Assembly: GCA_944393225.1 (NCBI GenBank)
Contig: CALXZK010000005.1
Coordinates: 2,767-66,766 of the forward strand
From: an uncultured Alphaproteobacteria bacterium
GTDB lineage: Bacteria > Pseudomonadota > Alphaproteobacteria > RF32 > CAG-239
Length of the DNA: 64,000 bases
Direction of reading: 5' to 3'
This document shows, in pieces, positions 58,353 to 64,000 of this stretch. Below the pieces are notes generated by a model. The model saw only the letters and a program-made list of their open reading frames with translations. It was not told the DNA's origin and did no database searches. The position numbers and the translations under genes are program-made. Position 1 is the first letter of the stretch, and each line of letters starts with the position of its first letter.

Positions 58353-59095
58353 GTTTCAAGTTAAATCATAACAAGCATTAATACAAATAGATGTATTTAT
58401 TACCCACCCCAGATGGTATGGAGGGCGGGAAGATGGCATACTGAATATGGCACATCAGAGCCAAGCCTCCCCTATCCCCTCCTTATACCCACCATAGCCG
58501 GCACCTTAATATGGTAAAAAATATAACTAAAAATAAAACAGGCCTTTACGTGCGAAAAGAAAAAATTTTTGCTTAAATTCCAATAAAAAAAACATTAAAA
58601 TACAAAAAGATAACATTTTAAACTTATAATCGTTAACGACACTATGTAAAATTATGCTTGACTTTTGATTTAGTTTTTTGCTATATACAAATCATAGGTA
58701 TTCAATTAATGAAAAAATATATTTATTTAACTTCATTTTTTGTTCCTGAAAGTTCTAATAACAAAGATTAGATTTTATCTTTAAATTGTTATTATGAAAC
58801 TTATATATACTATGCTCATAGAAATAGTATGCTTTCAATATATATGCTAAAGATATGAGTGATAGAAAATAATCAGAGGGCTAAAATGCCCTTTTTTTAT
58901 TATCTATAACATTTCTTCCAATAATACATTCATCAAAAAAAGAATTATTGTAAATCAATGTTCTCTATACCTTTTATATGTATAGTGGGGGCAAGCTATT
59001 TCTTGCATAGTTTGTTAAAACGTTACAGGTCGTGATTTTCACGGCCTTTTTTTATACCCAAATCAAACATTAACCCCACAAAGGATCACAATATC

Positions 59096-59383
59096 TTGCG
59101 GTCCTTTTTTCGTTTTAAAAAGGAACAAACTATGAATCCAGAGAATTTTAATTTACCAAACAATACTGTCTCCCAATATATTATTTCTCATTTAACCACC
59201 GCAACATTAAAGCGTGGCTGGATGACAACTGATGAATTAGCCTATATTTTAGGTTGTTCAACAAAAACAATCACACGATGGAGAAAAGCCAACAAATTAA
59301 CTCCCAAATGTTTTTGCGTAGGAAAATATTGTTACTTCATTCCTGATGTGTATGAGTTTTTTATCTCTTCTTGCATTAATTAA
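59096..59383 (+). CDS. Small HTH DNA-binding protein (AlpA/excisionase-like)
   Basis: 95 aa. TDELAYILGCSTKTITRWRKANKLTP is a typical AlpA/Xis-type helix-turn-helix. Confidence 0.55.
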   Translation: MRSFFRFKKEQTMNPENFNLPNNTVSQYIISHLTTATLKRGWMTTDELAYILGCSTKTITRWRKANKLTPKCFCVGKYCYFIPDVYEFFISSCIN

Positions 59384-59666
59384 TCTACTTTGTCTATTTT
59401 CCGACAATAATGTCCCTTGAAGTCGTTCCTTGTCATCTCCCCAAAAACTCAAAAATATTGTATATAAAATACTGTAAGCAACAACGAGTATACGGAGCAA
59501 AAAATGACATGAACTTCTTAATATCTCTTACGAATTTTGCTTAGAGCTTTATATAGGCAAATTCAATCTAAAAAAATTTTCACTTAACATTCCCAATTTT
59601 CAGCCGGCAAGACCATGTTTTTCCGGATAGGGAGAAATTTAACCTTAATTTTAGAAAGGAAATAAA

Positions 59667-61450
59667 ATGACTAATACTGTAGCAACTTTAGCACAAACCC
59701 AAACTTTGGCTGATATTGATAATCAAAATCCTGTTTCCGATACAACTAATATCATTGATGCTGAATATACTATTACAAGTGAAGACATTCCGCATGAATT
59801 ATCTGAAGCAAAAGAACTTGTTGCTATTAATGACAATAAGTTCCCTACAATACCTACCGATCCTACTGCATTACCACAATTTATTACGGTAGCCAAAAAA
59901 CGTGTTGAAGCCAAAGCTAAATTGTTAAATGTAATACAATTCACCCCTGAACAATATAAACAAGCCTTTGCTCAAACTCAAAAAGAAGCAACTTCATTAC
60001 TAATTGCGGAGTTAAATCTAAGCGAAGCATTAAAAGCAATTAAGACACAACAAGGATTAAGATCTGACCTCAAAAAGAAAGAGGCATTAACAACCTTTAA
60101 TAAAGAAGTAAAAACAAAAAAAGAAATTATCAAAAAAGTATTTAACTTAACCCCAAGACAAGCCAGAGATATTGAAAAATTGACCAAAGATTGTGTATTA
60201 AGAGCAATAGAATTTGCCAAAGACAATAATATCATTCCAACCAGAGCTCTTGCTTTATCCCAACTGCCAAAAAGGGAAAAAGATGAAACTGGAGACATAA
60301 CCTTCATACCGATTGAAGAAACAGAAGACAAAGTATTTTCATCAGAAGAACCACTTTATTATACTTCTTTGTTTGCTAATGTTGGAATTGGTACTTACTA
60401 TCTTCACAATCAAAATATTAATTGCGCTGTGGCTAATGAATTACTAGATGAAAGAGCAGAATGGCACAATTATATTTATCCTGAGGCCAAAATGGTTCAA
60501 GGCGATATAACTGACCCAGAAGTATATAACGAACTTGTAGAATTGCACAAACAACATGGTTGTAAACTCGTCCTGGCTTCTCCTCCGTGTCAATCTTTCA
60601 GCAAAGCCAATAATTCTAAGGGAAAGGTTTCAGATATTCGCACACCTTTATTCAGAACAAACCTAGAATTTATTCGCGACACAAACCCAGATTATGCTAT
60701 GATTGAAAATGTTCCTGATTTCTTAAATGCGAAACCTAAACAATTAAAAGAACTGTTAGGAGACTTAACAATTGGGGAATATATCAAGCAAGAATTAGAA
60801 AATATGGGATATGTTGTTAATATTGGTGTTTATAGTGCGGCTGATTATGGAACCGCTCAAGATAGACAACGAGCCATTATCCTTGCTGCCAAAAAGGAGT
60901 TAGGTTTATGGAAATTTCCTAAAAAGGATAAATTCAGAAAGCTTTTATTTGAAGCAATCGGGGATTTACCATCTTTGGAACCAGGGCAACAAGACCCAGA
61001 AAGACCAATGCACTATGCTTTGGATTTACCGGCTTGTCAAATTGAGTTCCTCAAACATACCCCTACGGCATCTTCTGCCTGGAAAAATAAAAAGGAATAC
61101 CAACCAGTTAATGTCGATGGTAGTGAAAGCTGTGCTCAATTTAAAGCTAGTTTTTCTAGAAAAGACTGGAATAAACCATCAAATACAGTTTTAACTGGTA
61201 GCGACAGCCTTGGAGGAATGATAAATATACATCCTGCCGTCCGTTATCTGATGGAACATATTCTGATTGCAGACCATTATCTATTCTAGAACTTTTTAGA
61301 ATAACCGGACTTCCTGATGATTATCCTATCCCGGAAAAGTTTATCAAGAATGATAAATTAATCCGAGATGTCATCGGAGAATGCTTTGCTCCACTTCACG
61401 TAGCAAGACTAATGACAACAATGCCTAATAAAAGCAAGGTAAAAGCATAA
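59667..61450 (+). pseudogene. DNA (cytosine-5)-methyltransferase with a ~230-aa N-terminal extension; the C-terminus continues in the +1 frame after a frameshift
   Basis: Frame 1 (59667..61289) has motif IV LASPPCQSFSKAN and motif VI MIENVPDFL. Frame 2 (61202..61450) encodes RPLSILELFRITGLPDDYPIP (motif IX, cf. R.LT.RE.ARLQGFPDDF) and a motif-X-like tail. The frameshift lies between 61202 and 61289. Confidence 0.8.
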
Positions 61451-61798
61451 TTAAACTATCTGTGAGGGAGCTAGCAAGCTCCCTTACTTACTATTGTACC
61501 ATTAAAATTGTCTCTCTTTTTCATATATTTAAATACAAAAAACACAAAAAAAGAAAAAATCACGCAAATTTTATGAAAAAAAACAATTCTATATTATGTG
61601 TCACATACTGGTTTACTATGATCCACCATAATCAAGTATAACTGTTTAAGCAGTCCAGGATACAAGGAAGCTAAAACGCATCCTTTGTTATTACTATACT
61701 TAAAATAAATTATAAATAAATGAATTAAAATAAATAAAAATAATAACTTAAGTAAAATTAAATATAAAAAATAAATGTAAAAAGTAAGAATAAAGAAG

Positions 61799-62827
61799 AT
61801 GAAAATAAGAAAGAATAAACCAAAATATAAACAAGTATCGTTGCAAGAGATGATGGCAGAAATAACAAATAATCCAATGCCAAAGAGTAATGCAACGAGA
61901 AGTATTGAAGATTATATATATGTATTAGGTATTATAAGAAGATATGGATTAAATTATATTCTTGATAAAGTAAAAGATAAATTTGAATTAAGTAATTTTG
62001 TTTTACCTTTATTTGAATATGGTATTTCTTTTAATGATTTTTTAGTTACTTCTTCTATTTTATCTATGAATCCTAATATTAGATATGATGATAATAATTT
62101 TAAAAAGATGTATAGCGGTAAACTTAATGGGAATCAAATAAACCGTATCCAAGAAATAGTTAATAAAATCTCTAGTATTTCCAAATGTCTGAATAATCTA
62201 AAACTTAATCAAAACACTCACATAAACAAGCCTAAATCAACCCCAGAATTACAAAATAGCCTAGATATAATAAAACCTATACCAAATGACATAACTGATT
62301 CCTACGGTCAAAAAATAGATTCTTTTGTAAAATCAATATATTCTGATAAAAAACATTTAACTCCAGATACTATAAGAAAAATATTTAATGAATGGATTAC
62401 TCAAGAATATAATCCAACTCACTTTTTAACTGTACAACTACCAGATAATCAAAAAACTAAAGATTTATATATTTCTATTAATCATTTAAGAAACATAATG
62501 AAAACATTTGAAAAGAGTTTAATGAATAACTGGAATAGACATCACTTACGTTTTATTGCTTTTGCAGAGAATGGAACGAGTAGTGATTGGCATTTTCATA
62601 TATTATTTAATCAAAGAAACTTTACAGAAGAAGAATTACAAAATGCTATTCTAAAGGCAAATATAAGAGAAAAATTACCTTTTTATTGCTTAGAATTAAG
62701 AAAAATTGATACCAATGTAATAAATGTTGATTCTTATTGTACGAAAGAAATTAATATATGTTGGAATGGAAAATTTAACAGTGATGGTATTATTTTTTCA
62801 GAAAACTTATTTAATCTCAATAAATGA
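61799..62827 (+). CDS. Hypothetical protein with HUH-like motifs (Rep-like)
   Basis: 342 aa, extremely AT-rich. HFLTVQLP (motif-1-like) and SDWHFHILF (HUH-like), as in the island Rep at 34418. Confidence 0.4.
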   Translation: MKIRKNKPKYKQVSLQEMMAEITNNPMPKSNATRSIEDYIYVLGIIRRYGLNYILDKVKDKFELSNFVLPLFEYGISFNDFLVTSSILSMNPNIRYDDNNFKKMYSGKLNGNQINRIQEIVNKISSISKCLNNLKLNQNTHINKPKSTPELQNSLDIIKPIPNDITDSYGQKIDSFVKSIYSDKKHLTPDTIRKIFNEWITQEYNPTHFLTVQLPDNQKTKDLYISINHLRNIMKTFEKSLMNNWNRHHLRFIAFAENGTSSDWHFHILFNQRNFTEEELQNAILKANIREKLPFYCLELRKIDTNVINVDSYCTKEINICWNGKFNSDGIIFSENLFNLNK

Positions 62828-63051
62828 TAAAAAAGTAACTTCTAATCCTTAATGTCAGGAAGTTAAATTATAAAACAAACATCATAATGGAAATTTAACC
62901 GTTTACAAATTCCAAAATACATGACAATACACTTATATCAGATTCTTTTATAAAAGTTTTATTGTTTTATCATTGGCATCACAAAATATAAGTTGTATTT
63001 GTAATAGTTTTTTATACAATAAATAAAGATTATTATAATGGGTACAATGAC

Positions 63052-64000
63052 ATGAGTGAACCAAATATTTTTGATTTTGCAACTAAAGAACTTTCTCAAG
63101 ATGCCTTTTTATGTTGGATTTTTTCTTGGGGAAAACAAGAGCATGAAAATGATAATAGTGAATTACATCAATTTGCAAAACAGATGCTTTTTGATATAAC
63201 TAAAAGAAACGATTTAACCTTAGAAGAAATATCTCACCAGGAAAAACACATTGATGTTTTGTTGAAGCTTAAAGATTCTGAAGACCAAAAATATGCAGTA
63301 ATCATTGAAGATAAAATTGGAACACAAGAGCATAATGAACAAATAGACAATTATATAAAAGAAATAGCTCCTTCTTATGAAAAGAATATTTTTATAGTTT
63401 ATTTCAAAACAGGATTTACATCAAACCAAGAAAAGAGATACTTGAAAGAACGCTATCCACAGATTGTTATATATGATTATAATGAAATTTATAACAAATT
63501 TCAAAATTGTCCCAACCACTATATTTCAAATCAATGGTTTCAAAAATTTCAAACTGAGCGGCAAAATATTAACGAATGTTTGGATAATCTAAATTATGAA
63601 GATATATTTTATCAAAAAGATACTTTAAAGATGCAATGTGCTCTTGACCATATTACAGAGAATATTAGAGAGAAAACTAACTACAAATCCAGTTATTGGT
63701 ATATTGTTGACCAAGGGAGAACATCTCACATTTGCATATATGAACACTTTACTACAATTGCAGAGAAATATGAAATTCATAATGCTATTTATGTAATGTT
63801 TAGAAAAAAAGAATATAATTTTGTTGTAAAACAACATATTTATCAAAAAACATCTAATGAAAAAAAATACCGAATATTGATTAAAGATTACAACAAATTA
63901 CCAATGGATGTAATTAATATCAAAGAAAAAATAAAAGATGATATTTGTAATGCTCAAACAGATTGGGAAGTCAAGAGATCAATTGAAAAAGATAATCTAA
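63052..64000 (+). CDS. Partial ORF running off the window end; PD-(D/E)xK-like nuclease motif
   Basis: At least 316 aa from the ATG at 63052, with no stop inside the window. HIDVLLKL...KYAVIIEDKIG gives a D...E-D-K arrangement. Absent from the ORF track because it is unterminated. Confidence 0.45.
   Translation, partial: MSEPNIFDFATKELSQDAFLCWIFSWGKQEHENDNSELHQFAKQMLFDITKRNDLTLEEISHQEKHIDVLLKLKDSEDQKYAVIIEDKIGTQEHNEQIDNYIKEIAPSYEKNIFIVYFKTGFTSNQEKRYLKERYPQIVIYDYNEIYNKFQNCPNHYISNQWFQKFQTERQNINECLDNLNYEDIFYQKDTLKMQCALDHITENIREKTNYKSSYWYIVDQGRTSHICIYEHFTTIAEKYEIHNAIYVMFRKKEYNFVVKQHIYQKTSNEKKYRILIKDYNKLPMDVINIKEKIKDDICNAQTDWEVKRSIEKDNL

Noticed and set aside
58385-58500. GC-rich patch containing ccaccccag, the same 9-mer as the att core. 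Considered as a third att remnant or a tRNA fragment.
   Set aside because: Only 9 nt match and I could draw no flanking tRNA-like structure. A 9-mer match is expected by chance in 64 kb.
61232-61262. Two adjacent 15-nt segments (tgccgtccgttatct and tgcagaccattatct) that both encode CRPLS in the +1 frame of the MTase with synonymous differences. Considered as a programmed-frameshift or duplication signal.
   Set aside because: 12 of 15 identity over 15 nt is weak, there is no slippery heptamer, and the first copy is read in a different frame by the main ORF. Probably coincidence.

Overview
AT-rich chromosomal window from a Gram-negative bacterium. The gene order pal-cpoB-tilS-ftsH is what I recall from alphaproteobacteria; this is a tentative lineage hint. 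The first ~32 kb is housekeeping backbone: aspS, rnd, xseB-ispA, ftsH, tilS, cpoB, pal, rlmH, rsfS, obg, rpmA, rplU, a beta carbonic anhydrase, an EnvZ/OmpR-like two-component pair, a PgsA-like enzyme with a lysine-rich tail, uvrC carrying a 3 x 123-bp in-frame tandem repeat, a dimeric-type glyQS, and two tRNA-Gln genes (CTG at 753..826 on the minus strand, TTG at 32071..32145 on the plus strand). A ~13 kb integrative island (32146..45112) sits in the 3' end of tRNA-Gln(TTG), bounded by an 18-bp direct repeat. It encodes a tyrosine integrase, an HUH Rep-like protein, a P-loop primase/helicase-like protein, a serine recombinase, a three-gene operon of small unknown proteins, an esterase lipoprotein, a 900-aa autotransporter and a class-II Fic protein, with arm-type repeats near both ends. 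Just outside attR is a defence-island-like stretch. It holds a translationally coupled three-gene cassette (P-loop kinase / PIN-GNAT-like-PUA-like fusion / ASCH) that I cannot assign to a known system. It also holds a zinc-ribbon coiled-coil protein with a PD-(D/E)xK-like tail, and a Type I RM operon (hsdM...hsdS...hsdR) in which four unknown ORFs are embedded and hsdS is frameshifted. The last ~5.5 kb is a very AT-rich second foreign segment: an AlpA-like HTH, a frameshifted C5-cytosine methyltransferase with a long N-terminal extension, a second HUH Rep-like protein and a partial PD-(D/E)xK-like nuclease. All calls are from reading the translations and DNA by eye; no database searches were run.
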